From positions 150,001-182,000 of the forward strand of contig NZ_CP006873.1 in NCBI RefSeq assembly GCF_000709555.1: a stretch of DNA of 32,000 nucleotides. Direction: 5' to 3'. This document shows, piece after piece, positions 22,138 to 30,343 of the stretch. Source of the DNA: Candidatus Saccharimonadota bacterium. GTDB lineage: Bacteria; Bacteroidota; Bacteroidia; Flavobacteriales; Blattabacteriaceae. The notes below the pieces were generated by a model. That model saw only the letters and a list, made by a program, of their open reading frames with translations. It was not told the origin of the DNA and did not search any database. Numbering within the stretch: position 1 is the stretch's first letter; the number at the start of each line of letters is the position of its first letter. The position numbers and the translations under genes are program-made.

Positions 22138-23547
22138 ATGTTCTCTTTCAAATTCAAAAGCTTTAAGAAAAAAATTAGAGCAGATATTACTACTCCTATT
22201 AAGCTTTATATGCAATTAAGAGATCATTTTACAAAGACATTACTTTTAGAATGTGCAGATTCTCCCCAAAAACAAATTTCCATTATTTGCCTACAATCTG
22301 TAGCAGAGATTATTGTATGTGATAGATATATATATAAACGTTATCCAGATTATACTTCCGACCAAATAAAATTAAAAAATCGTCTAAGTCTAAGTCTAAA
22401 TGCTTCTCCATTTTTAGCCCCTTTTTTTTCCCAATTTATAGTAGAACCAAGTTTTTCACCTTATTCAGGTTTGTACGGTTATATAACTTACGATAGTATT
22501 CCTTTTTTTGAAAATATCATTTTTACCTCCCCTTCTTTTGAAGAGGATCAAGTACCCAAAATTCGTTTAGGTTTTTTTAAGAATCTTATAGTTTTCGATC
22601 ATTTTCATAATAAACTTATTGTTATAGAACATCGATTCTTTGAAAAGGAAGATTCCCAAATGGAAACAATTTTGAATATTATTCATCAGAGTAGATTTAG
22701 AAATTTTCCTTTTAACAGAATAGGTAATTCTGTATCAAATATGACTGATTATCAATATCGGGATTTGGTGTCCAAAGGTATAAAAGCATGCGTGTTGGGA
22801 CAAGTGTTTCAAATTGTACTTTCACGACAATATAGTCAAAAATTCAAAGGAGATGAATTCAATGTATATAGAACCTTGCGTTCTATTAATCCTTCGCCTT
22901 ATTTATTTTATTTCGATTATGGAAATTATAAAATATTCGGGTCTTCTCCTGAATCTCAAATAGTTATTAGTAATAATACAGCTTCTATTTATCCAATAGC
23001 TGGAACTATGCATCGTTCTGGAGATTATACAACTGACAAAAATGCAGCTGAAATCTTAGCAAAAAGTCCGAAGGAAAATTCAGAACATGTTATGTTAGTA
23101 GATTTAGCTCGTAATGATCTCAGCAAGACTTCTGAAGAAGTAAAAGTGAATCGTTATAAAGAAATACAATACTTTTCGCATGTTATGCATCTGATTTCAC
23201 AAGTTTCAGGAAAATTAAAATCTGGAATTTCTTCTATCAAAGTCTTTGGAGAAAGTTTTCCTTCCGGAACTTTATCTGGTGCTCCAAAGTATAAAGCTAT
23301 GGAACTAATAGACCATTTTGAAAATCAATCACGTGGGATCTATGGAGGAGCAATAGGTTTTTTTGGTCTTAACGGTGAAGTGAATACAGCTATTATTATT
23401 CGTTCCTTTCTAAGTAAAAATAATATGCTATTTCTGCAAGCAGGAGCAGGAATTATAGCAGATTCTAAAGAAGAAAATGAACTCCAAGAAGTAAATAATA
23501 AACTTGAAGCACTAAAACAAGCTATTTTATGTGCGGAAAATATTTAA
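22138..23547 (+). CDS. trpE: anthranilate synthase component I
   Basis: 469-aa ORF with the chorismate-binding domain: SPSPYLFYFD, PIAGTMHR, GGAIGFFGLNGEVNTAIIIRS. Confidence 0.95.
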   Translation: MFSFKFKSFKKKIRADITTPIKLYMQLRDHFTKTLLLECADSPQKQISIICLQSVAEIIVCDRYIYKRYPDYTSDQIKLKNRLSLSLNASPFLAPFFSQFIVEPSFSPYSGLYGYITYDSIPFFENIIFTSPSFEEDQVPKIRLGFFKNLIVFDHFHNKLIVIEHRFFEKEDSQMETILNIIHQSRFRNFPFNRIGNSVSNMTDYQYRDLVSKGIKACVLGQVFQIVLSRQYSQKFKGDEFNVYRTLRSINPSPYLFYFDYGNYKIFGSSPESQIVISNNTASIYPIAGTMHRSGDYTTDKNAAEILAKSPKENSEHVMLVDLARNDLSKTSEEVKVNRYKEIQYFSHVMHLISQVSGKLKSGISSIKVFGESFPSGTLSGAPKYKAMELIDHFENQSRGIYGGAIGFFGLNGEVNTAIIIRSFLSKNNMLFLQAGAGIIADSKEENELQEVNNKLEALKQAILCAENI

Positions 23548-23550
23548 TAA

Positions 23551-24129
23551 ATGGGTATAATAAAAATATTAGTCCTTGATAATTACGATTCTTTTACCTA
23601 CAATTTAGTGTCTTTGATTAAAGAAATTACAAATAGTCCTGTCTCCGTTTTTAGAAATGATTCTATTCCCTTAGAAGAAGTTGATAATTACGATAAAATA
23701 CTCTTGTCGCCAGGACCAGGAATTCCAGAGGAATCTAATATTCTCAACCCTTTGATCCAGAATTATGCCCCGACAAAAAGTTTATTCGGAATTTGTTTAG
23801 GTCTGCAAGCTATCGCAGAGGTTTTTGGAGGAGAATTACTTAACACAAAAAAAGTATATCATGGAATTACCAGTAAGGTCAAAATAATTGATTCTACGGA
23901 ACAAATTTTCAAAGGCTTGCCTGATATTATTGAAGTAGGCCGTTATCATTCATGGATTGTTTCGGCCCAACAATTTCCTAAAGAATTAAAAATTACGGCA
24001 AGAGGACCCAAATGGGAAATCATGGCTATACGTCATAAAAAGTATGATGTAGTAGGTGTTCAATTTCATCCTGAATCTATATTAACTCCTTATGGAAAAA
24101 AAATAGTGTATAACTGGTTACATGTCTAA
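23551..24129 (+). CDS. trpG: anthranilate synthase component II (glutamine amidotransferase)
   Basis: 192-aa ORF with class I GATase catalytic Cys in FGICLGLQA and His in VQFHPES. Confidence 0.95.
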   Translation: MGIIKILVLDNYDSFTYNLVSLIKEITNSPVSVFRNDSIPLEEVDNYDKILLSPGPGIPEESNILNPLIQNYAPTKSLFGICLGLQAIAEVFGGELLNTKKVYHGITSKVKIIDSTEQIFKGLPDIIEVGRYHSWIVSAQQFPKELKITARGPKWEIMAIRHKKYDVVGVQFHPESILTPYGKKIVYNWLHV

Positions 24130-25123
24130 TGTAAAAATTCCGGATATACTAAACTATCTTTTTGAAGAGAAAATTCTTAATCAGCAAGAGGCAAAATCTC
24201 TCATGATTAATATAGCAAATAATAAATTCACTCCTGCTCAAATATCAGCATTAGTAAGTATTTATAACATGAGAACTCCTAAATTGGAGGAAATAAAAGG
24301 CTTTTATGAAGCATTGCTTGACTTTCATCTTCATCTAAATTTTAATACAGTTGATGCAATAGATCTTTCTGGAACCGGAGGAGATGGGAAAAATACTTTT
24401 AACATTTCCACTTTAGCTGCTTTTATAGTGGCTGGTTCCGGTGGAAAAGTCATAAAACATAGTAATTATAGCGCAACGTCTATTACTGGATCTTCCAATT
24501 TGCTAGAATCATTGGGATACAAGTTTACTAATGAAGAAGGACGCTTACAAAAAGAATTGGAAAAATCTGGAATATGTTTCTTACATGCTCCACTATTCCA
24601 TCCAGTTATGAAAAACGTCTACTGGGTAAGAAGAGAAATAGGGATAATGACTTTCTTCAATATTCTAGGACCTTTGTTAAACCCTAGTGAACCACACTAT
24701 CAACTATTGGGAGCAAATAATCTAGAAATCGCAAGATTATACTATTATTTTTTTAAAAATGAAAAAAAAAATTATGCGATTATTCATAGTCTAGATGGGT
24801 ATGATGAGATTTCATTGACTAGTCCATTTAAATGTTACGATTCAAAAGGTGAATCTATTTATACTCCACAAGAATTAGGTCGATTAAAACTTCTTCCTAA
24901 AACTATTACAGGAGGTCAAAATCCAGAAGAAAATAAACGTATATTCGTTAGGATCCTTTCTGGAGAAGGAAGTAAAAGCCAAAATGAAGTAGTATTGACA
25001 AATGCGGCATTCTCTTTATGTTTACTGAATAACAAAGATTTTAAAAGTAATTATCTGATAGCAAAAGAAAGTTTAGAAAGTCAAAAGGCTAAAAAAGTGT
25101 TAGAAACATTATTAAACATTTAA
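24122..25123 (+). CDS. trpD: anthranilate phosphoribosyltransferase
   Basis: 333-aa ORF with the GTGGDGKNTFNISTLAAFIVAG motif. Overlaps trpG by 8 nt and trpC by 1 nt (TAATG). Confidence 0.93.
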   Translation: MSNVKIPDILNYLFEEKILNQQEAKSLMINIANNKFTPAQISALVSIYNMRTPKLEEIKGFYEALLDFHLHLNFNTVDAIDLSGTGGDGKNTFNISTLAAFIVAGSGGKVIKHSNYSATSITGSSNLLESLGYKFTNEEGRLQKELEKSGICFLHAPLFHPVMKNVYWVRREIGIMTFFNILGPLLNPSEPHYQLLGANNLEIARLYYYFFKNEKKNYAIIHSLDGYDEISLTSPFKCYDSKGESIYTPQELGRLKLLPKTITGGQNPEENKRIFVRILSGEGSKSQNEVVLTNAAFSLCLLNNKDFKSNYLIAKESLESQKAKKVLETLLNI

Positions 25124-25910
25124 TGAACATTTTAGAACAAATTATTACTATAAAACATAAGGAAGTTTCCAGAAATAGGCATCTTGTTACTATAAAAACC
25201 CTGGAAAAAAGTCCTTATTTAGAAAGAAATTGTCATTATTTATCTAATAATTTAAAAAAAAAACATCCCAATATTATTGCAGAGTTCAAGCGGAAATCTC
25301 CTTATAAGGGGATTATTAATAATCGGGTTTCTGTAAAAGAAGTAGTGAAAGCTTACGAAAATGCGGTAGCTTCTGGAATATCTATATTAACAGATTCTTT
25401 TTTTTTTCTGGTAAAAATGAAGATATTACAGAGGCTAGAGAAATCGTTTCTTTACCTCTCTTGTGTAAAGATTTTATAATTGACGAATATCAAATTATTG
25501 CTGCGAAATCGCTTGGAACAGATATCATTTTACTAATTGCTGAGGTACTCTCCAAAGAGAAAATACAGTCTTTGACCCATGTCGCTAAAATACTAGGTTT
25601 AGAAGTACTTCTGGAAATGCATTCTGAAAACGAATTATACAAAATTAATGAATATATCGATATTATAGGAATCAATAATAGAAATCTTAGCACTTTTTTT
25701 GTCGATATACAACGTTCTGTCGAATTATTTAAAATAATACCTAATAATTTTATAACAATCTCAGAAAGTGGTCTATCTGATCCTATTAAAGTGAGTTTTT
25801 TAACCCAAATGGGCTTTGCCGGCTTCCTTATTGGTGAAATATTTATGCGTTCTTCTCATCCTGGAAAACAAATGGAAGAGTATATTAAACAAGTTAACCT
25901 AAAGACATAA
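25123..25910 (+). pseudogene. trpC: indole-3-glycerol-phosphate synthase interrupted by a -1 frameshift in a T10 run
   Basis: Two tracked ORFs (25123-25479 and 25461-25910) together cover one IGPS. The N-terminal part has IIAEFKRKSPYKGII...ISILTDSFFF. After the T10 run (25398-25407), the next frame reads [43 protein letters not shown]...ISESG...GFLIGE. Confidence 0.9.
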
Positions 25911-25916
25911 CAGATC

Positions 25917-26537
25917 ATGTTTAAAATTAAAGTTTGTGGGTTGAAAGATCCTAGTAATATAATGGAAATTTTTATTCTGAAACCTGATTTTCTAGGATTT
26001 ATTTTTTACCCTTTCTCTCCTCGATTTATAAAAAAATATTTTCCAATTCCCAATTTCTGCGAAGTAAAAAAAATCGGGGTCTTTGTCAATTCAGATGAAA
26101 AATACGTTTTACAAAAAATTGAAAATTATAGATTAGATTTAATTCAACTTCATGGAAATGAAGATGTGAAATTTTGTTATAGTTTATACAGTTTAGACAA
26201 AAAAAATATTAAAATTATTAAAGCGTTTAATGTAGATCAAAATTTTTCTTTTGACCAAATTAAAAAATATAGGAATTGTGTTGATTATTTTCTTTTTGAT
26301 ACAAAAACCTCAAAATATGGAGGCAGTGGTAAAAAATTTTTCTGGAAGAAACTTGATGAATATTATTTTGATATTCCCTTTTTTCTAAGTGGAGGTATTA
26401 CTATAAATGATACTGATGAAATTCTGAAACTTTCACATCCGAAATTATTTTGTCTAGATATTAATAGTCATTTTGAAATTACTCCTGGGTTCAAAAATAG
26501 GAATTTAATTAGTAATTTTATAACAAAAATACGTTGA
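25917..26537 (+). CDS. trpF: phosphoribosylanthranilate isomerase
   Basis: 206-aa ORF. Has FKIKVCGL at the N-terminus, LIQLHGNED and FLSGGI. Lies in operon position between trpC and trpB. Confidence 0.88.
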   Translation: MFKIKVCGLKDPSNIMEIFILKPDFLGFIFYPFSPRFIKKYFPIPNFCEVKKIGVFVNSDEKYVLQKIENYRLDLIQLHGNEDVKFCYSLYSLDKKNIKIIKAFNVDQNFSFDQIKKYRNCVDYFLFDTKTSKYGGSGKKFFWKKLDEYYFDIPFFLSGGITINDTDEILKLSHPKLFCLDINSHFEITPGFKNRNLISNFITKIR

Positions 26538-27727
26538 TGAATTCTTATTTAGATGATAAGAATGGATTTTATGGCGATTTTGGAGGTACATTTATTCCCG
26601 AAATTTTATGGATTAATTTCAAAGAATTAAAAGACTCTTATGAAAGTATAATTTTGGACCCTAGTTTTAACAAAAAATTTGAATCATTGCTTAATAACTA
26701 TGTAGGACGTCCTACTCCTTTATTTTATTGTAATGAACTTTCTAAAAAATATAAAACTAATATTTATTTAAAACGTGAAGATCTTAATCATACTGGATCA
26801 CATAAAATTAATAACACAATCGGACAAGCTTTATTTGCAAAACAACTTGGTAAAAAAAAAATTATTGCTGAAACCGGGGCCGGACAACACGGAATTGCTA
26901 CAGCTACTGTTTGTTCTCTTCTTTCTTTAGAATGTATTATTTTTATGGGTGAAACTGATATTTTACGACAAGCAATTAATGTATCTAAAATGAAAATGTT
27001 AGGAGCTAAAATTATTCCTGCTACTACTGGAAATAAAACTCTTAAAGATGCGATTAATGAAGCTTTACGTTATTGGATAAATCATCCTGAATGTTATTAT
27101 TTAATAGGATCAGTAGTAGGACCACATCCATATCCAAAAATCGTCGCTTATTTTCAATCTATTATAAGTAAAGAAATTAAAAAACAATTACAAGAAAAGA
27201 AAGGAATAACACAACCTAATTATATTATTACTTGTATCGGAGGAGGTAGTAATTCAATAGGTGCTTTTTATCATTTTTTAGAGAATGCATCAGTAAAATT
27301 AATTGCTGTGGAATCAGCAGGATTAGGAATATATACTAATAAAACAGCAGCTACTACTATTCAAGGATCAAAAGGGGTTATCCATGGAAGTCTTACTTTT
27401 GTTATGCAAGATAAATATGGCCAAATTATAGATCCTTATTCAATATCTGCTGGAATGGATTATCCAGGAATAGGTCCCATGCACGCTAATTTATTTCATA
27501 CACAACGTGTAAAATTTTTTAATGTTACTGATAATGATGTGTTACAAGCAGCTTATGAAATAAGCCAAATTGAAGGAATAATACCAGCGTTAGAAAGTGC
27601 TCATGCTTTAGCTATTTTGCCTAAAATTTCTTTTAAAAAAGAAGATATAGTAGTAATTAATCTTTCAGGGAGAGGAGATAAAGATCTAAAAAATTATATT
27701 AGACATTTAAATCAATTTTTAAAATAA
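26537..27727 (+). CDS. trpB: tryptophan synthase beta chain
   Basis: Contains the PLP-lysine motif HTGSHKINN and GGGSNSIG. The ATG at 26537 overlaps the trpF TGA (TGATG). The track alternatively starts at the TTG at 26534. Confidence 0.96.
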   Translation: MNSYLDDKNGFYGDFGGTFIPEILWINFKELKDSYESIILDPSFNKKFESLLNNYVGRPTPLFYCNELSKKYKTNIYLKREDLNHTGSHKINNTIGQALFAKQLGKKKIIAETGAGQHGIATATVCSLLSLECIIFMGETDILRQAINVSKMKMLGAKIIPATTGNKTLKDAINEALRYWINHPECYYLIGSVVGPHPYPKIVAYFQSIISKEIKKQLQEKKGITQPNYIITCIGGGSNSIGAFYHFLENASVKLIAVESAGLGIYTNKTAATTIQGSKGVIHGSLTFVMQDKYGQIIDPYSISAGMDYPGIGPMHANLFHTQRVKFFNVTDNDVLQAAYEISQIEGIIPALESAHALAILPKISFKKEDIVVINLSGRGDKDLKNYIRHLNQFLK

Positions 27728-27736
27728 TGAATAATA

Positions 27737-28504
27737 ATGAATATTATAGATCATCTCTTTAAGAAAGGAAAAAACAAATTAAGTATTTATTTTACAGCTG
27801 GTTATCCCAAATTAAATAGTACTAAAAAAATTATTCAAATTTTACAACAATCTAAAGTCAATCTGATTGAAATTGGGTTGCCTTATTCAGATCCTATGGC
27901 AGATGGTTTAATCATTCAAAAAAGTAATAAAAAAGCTCTTAAAAATGGAATGAATCCTGATCAATTATTTTCTCAACTCCAATTAATACAAAATGAAATT
28001 CAAGTTCCATTAATCTTAATGGGGTATTATAATCAATTTTTGAAATTTGGAGAAGAATCTTTTTTAAATTGTTGTAAAAAATCAGGAATATCAGGTCTGA
28101 TTTTTCCGGATTTACCTCTAGAAATTTATAAAGAAAAATATCAAAAGTTATTTGAGAAATATGAATTATATTTTATTTGTTTAGTAACGTCACAAACTCC
28201 AGATAACCGAATTCTTTTGCTTAGTAATATTAGCAAAGGATTTTTATATGTAGTTTCTTCAATATCTACTACAGGTCAAAACAAAGACTTTGAAACAGAT
28301 CCCCTGATTTTTTTAAATAGGATTAATAATTTGAATTTATCTATTCCTACCCTAGTTGGTTTCGGTATCGCCAACAAGAATTCATTTAATTTGGCTTGTC
28401 AATATGCTAACGGAGGGATTATAGGAAGCGCATTTATACAATCTCTAGATGAGAATGACCTCGAAGGAAGTATTCATCGTTTCATAGCATCTATTTTGTA
28501 TTAA
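27737..28504 (+). CDS. trpA: tryptophan synthase alpha chain
   Basis: 255-aa ORF with IEIGLPYSDPMADGLIIQ and VGFGI motifs. Last gene of the trp operon. Confidence 0.93.
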   Translation: MNIIDHLFKKGKNKLSIYFTAGYPKLNSTKKIIQILQQSKVNLIEIGLPYSDPMADGLIIQKSNKKALKNGMNPDQLFSQLQLIQNEIQVPLILMGYYNQFLKFGEESFLNCCKKSGISGLIFPDLPLEIYKEKYQKLFEKYELYFICLVTSQTPDNRILLLSNISKGFLYVVSSISTTGQNKDFETDPLIFLNRINNLNLSIPTLVGFGIANKNSFNLACQYANGGIIGSAFIQSLDENDLEGSIHRFIASILY

Positions 28505-28535
28505 AAATTTCCCCACCTAGAGTTTTTAGCCTAAT

Positions 28536-29426
28536 TTAAACCTGACCTAATCCCATAAACAATGCGTATAAAAAAGTAATTATAGCCATGTTTTTAATCT
28601 CTTTATCGAAATTTGTCCTCGAAAATACTTTCTTTATGTTAAAGAAAATTGGAAATAATAAAATTAAAAAGGCCCATCTATAAAATTGGGTCTGCTTATT
28701 TAGCATTACAAAAAAACTTCCTAATACAAAAGGAGTTAAAACTAGGAAAATATGATATAGTTTGGCTATCTGAAGTCCTATTTTCACTACAAAAGTATAT
28801 TTACCATTTTGTCTATCTCCATTTATGTCTCTCATATTATTAAGATTAAGTACTGATGTACTTAAAAGACCTATGGATATAGCCAATAAAAATATATCCC
28901 ATTCAACCCGATGAGTATATAAAAAATAGCTTCCTAGAACAGAGGTTAGTCCAAAGAATAAAAATACAGATACATCCCCCATTCCCTTGTAACCATAAGC
29001 ATTTTTTCCAACTGTGTATTTAATAGATGCATATAAACAAGTAAATATCCCTATGATAAAAAATATAGGAGCAATTCCTTTATAATTTTTAAACGAAATC
29101 CAAATTAATATTGTAGAAGAAATCAGATAGACGATTGTTATAAATCCGATAGCTTTTTTCATGCATTCTCTTGAAATATAGCCAGACGATATCACCCGGG
29201 GTGGACCCATCCGAAAAAAACTATCAGTTCCTTTCACAGCATCTCCGTAATCATTAGAAAAATTAGCTAAAATCTGTAGAAGCAAAGAAGTTATACAAGA
29301 CATAAAAAATATCCCGACATCATAATGATCTCTGGAGTACGCTATAAGAGCAGACAGTAAAATTCCTGATAAAGCAATAGGTAAAGTATGTACACGAGCA
29401 GCATCAACCCAAAATTTAATATACAA
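28536..29426 (-). CDS. menA: 1,4-dihydroxy-2-naphthoate polyprenyltransferase
   Basis: 296-aa polytopic membrane ORF with the UbiA-family Asp-rich motif NDYGDAVKGTD. Adjacent to menB. Confidence 0.88.
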   Translation of the reverse strand: MYIKFWVDAARVHTLPIALSGILLSALIAYSRDHYDVGIFFMSCITSLLLQILANFSNDYGDAVKGTDSFFRMGPPRVISSGYISRECMKKAIGFITIVYLISSTILIWISFKNYKGIAPIFFIIGIFTCLYASIKYTVGKNAYGYKGMGDVSVFLFFGLTSVLGSYFLYTHRVEWDIFLLAISIGLLSTSVLNLNNMRDINGDRQNGKYTFVVKIGLQIAKLYHIFLVLTPFVLGSFFVMLNKQTQFYRWAFLILLFPIFFNIKKVFSRTNFDKEIKNMAIITFLYALFMGLGQV

Positions 29427-29462
29427 TGTGGAGAATATTTTTTATAGAGAACATTCGTGCTG

Positions 29463-29511
29463 TTTTTAATTTTGAATTTTGAATTTTTAATTTTGAATTT
29501 TTAATTTTGAA
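29463..29511. repeat. 14-bp tandem repeat (tttttaattttgaa), 3.5 copies, in the menB-menA spacer
   Basis: Full units at 29463-29476, 29484-29497 and 29498-29511, plus a 7-bp half unit ttttgaa at 29477-29483. Confidence 0.93.
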
Positions 29512-29545
29512 TCCAAGGAAAGACAATTCATTTTCTGAATTCTTC

Positions 29546-30343
29546 CTAACGTTTTTCAAGAAAAGCTTTCTTCCCTTCTTGAGATTCCTCTGTTAAATAA
29601 TACATTAACGTTGCGTCGCCAGCTAGCTGCATTATACCGTGTTGACCGTCTAGTTCTGCATTTAGACAACGTTTAATCATTCTCAAAGCCATGGGACTGT
29701 GCTGTTGAATAATTTTACACCATTCCATAGTAGCCTCTTCAAGATCTTCTTGAGGGACTACTTTATTAACTAGTCCCATATCTAGAGCTTCCTTTGCACT
29801 GTATTGCTGGCATAGAAACCAAATTTCTCTTGATTTTTTTTGTCCTACATGACGAGCTAAATAAGAGGATCCAAATCCTCCATCAAAAGAACCGATTTTT
29901 GGACCAGTTTGTCCAAAACGGGCATTTTCTGAGGCAATAGTAAGATCACAAACTACATGAAGTACATGTCCCCCTCCTATTGCATAACCGTTAACCATAG
30001 CTATAACAGGTTTAGGGAGTTCTCGGATTTTCTTATGTAGATCTAAGACATTAAGACGGGGTACTCCGTCTTCTCCAATGTATCCTCCAATCCCCTTTAC
30101 TCTTTGATCTCCCCCACTACAAAAAGCTTTTTTCCCTGCACCTGTCAGAATGACTACGTCAATAGTCGAACACTCACGAACTATATCCATAGATTGAATC
30201 ATTTCATCAATAGTTTCTGGACGAAAAGCATTATGAACTTCTGTCCGATTTATAGTAATTTTAGCAACTCCTTTGCACACTTCAAAGGTTATGTCTTTAT
30301 ACTTGCAAAGAGACTTCCAAACTATGGTTGACATGGATAACAA
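29546..30343 (-). CDS. menB: 1,4-dihydroxy-2-naphthoyl-CoA synthase
   Basis: 265-aa crotonase-fold ORF containing [33 protein letters not shown] and [16 protein letters not shown]. It ends at a TAG a few codons earlier than typical MenB. Confidence 0.94.
   Translation of the reverse strand: MLSMSTIVWKSLCKYKDITFEVCKGVAKITINRTEVHNAFRPETIDEMIQSMDIVRECSTIDVVILTGAGKKAFCSGGDQRVKGIGGYIGEDGVPRLNVLDLHKKIRELPKPVIAMVNGYAIGGGHVLHVVCDLTIASENARFGQTGPKIGSFDGGFGSSYLARHVGQKKSREIWFLCQQYSAKEALDMGLVNKVVPQEDLEEATMEWCKIIQQHSPMALRMIKRCLNAELDGQHGIMQLAGDATLMYYLTEESQEGKKAFLEKR

Noticed and set aside
25123-25910. Treating 25123-25479 and 25461-25910 as two separate genuine genes
   Set aside because: Together they reconstitute one IGPS fold in the correct order, with the junction exactly at a T10 run. 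Neither half would be a functional TIM barrel alone.
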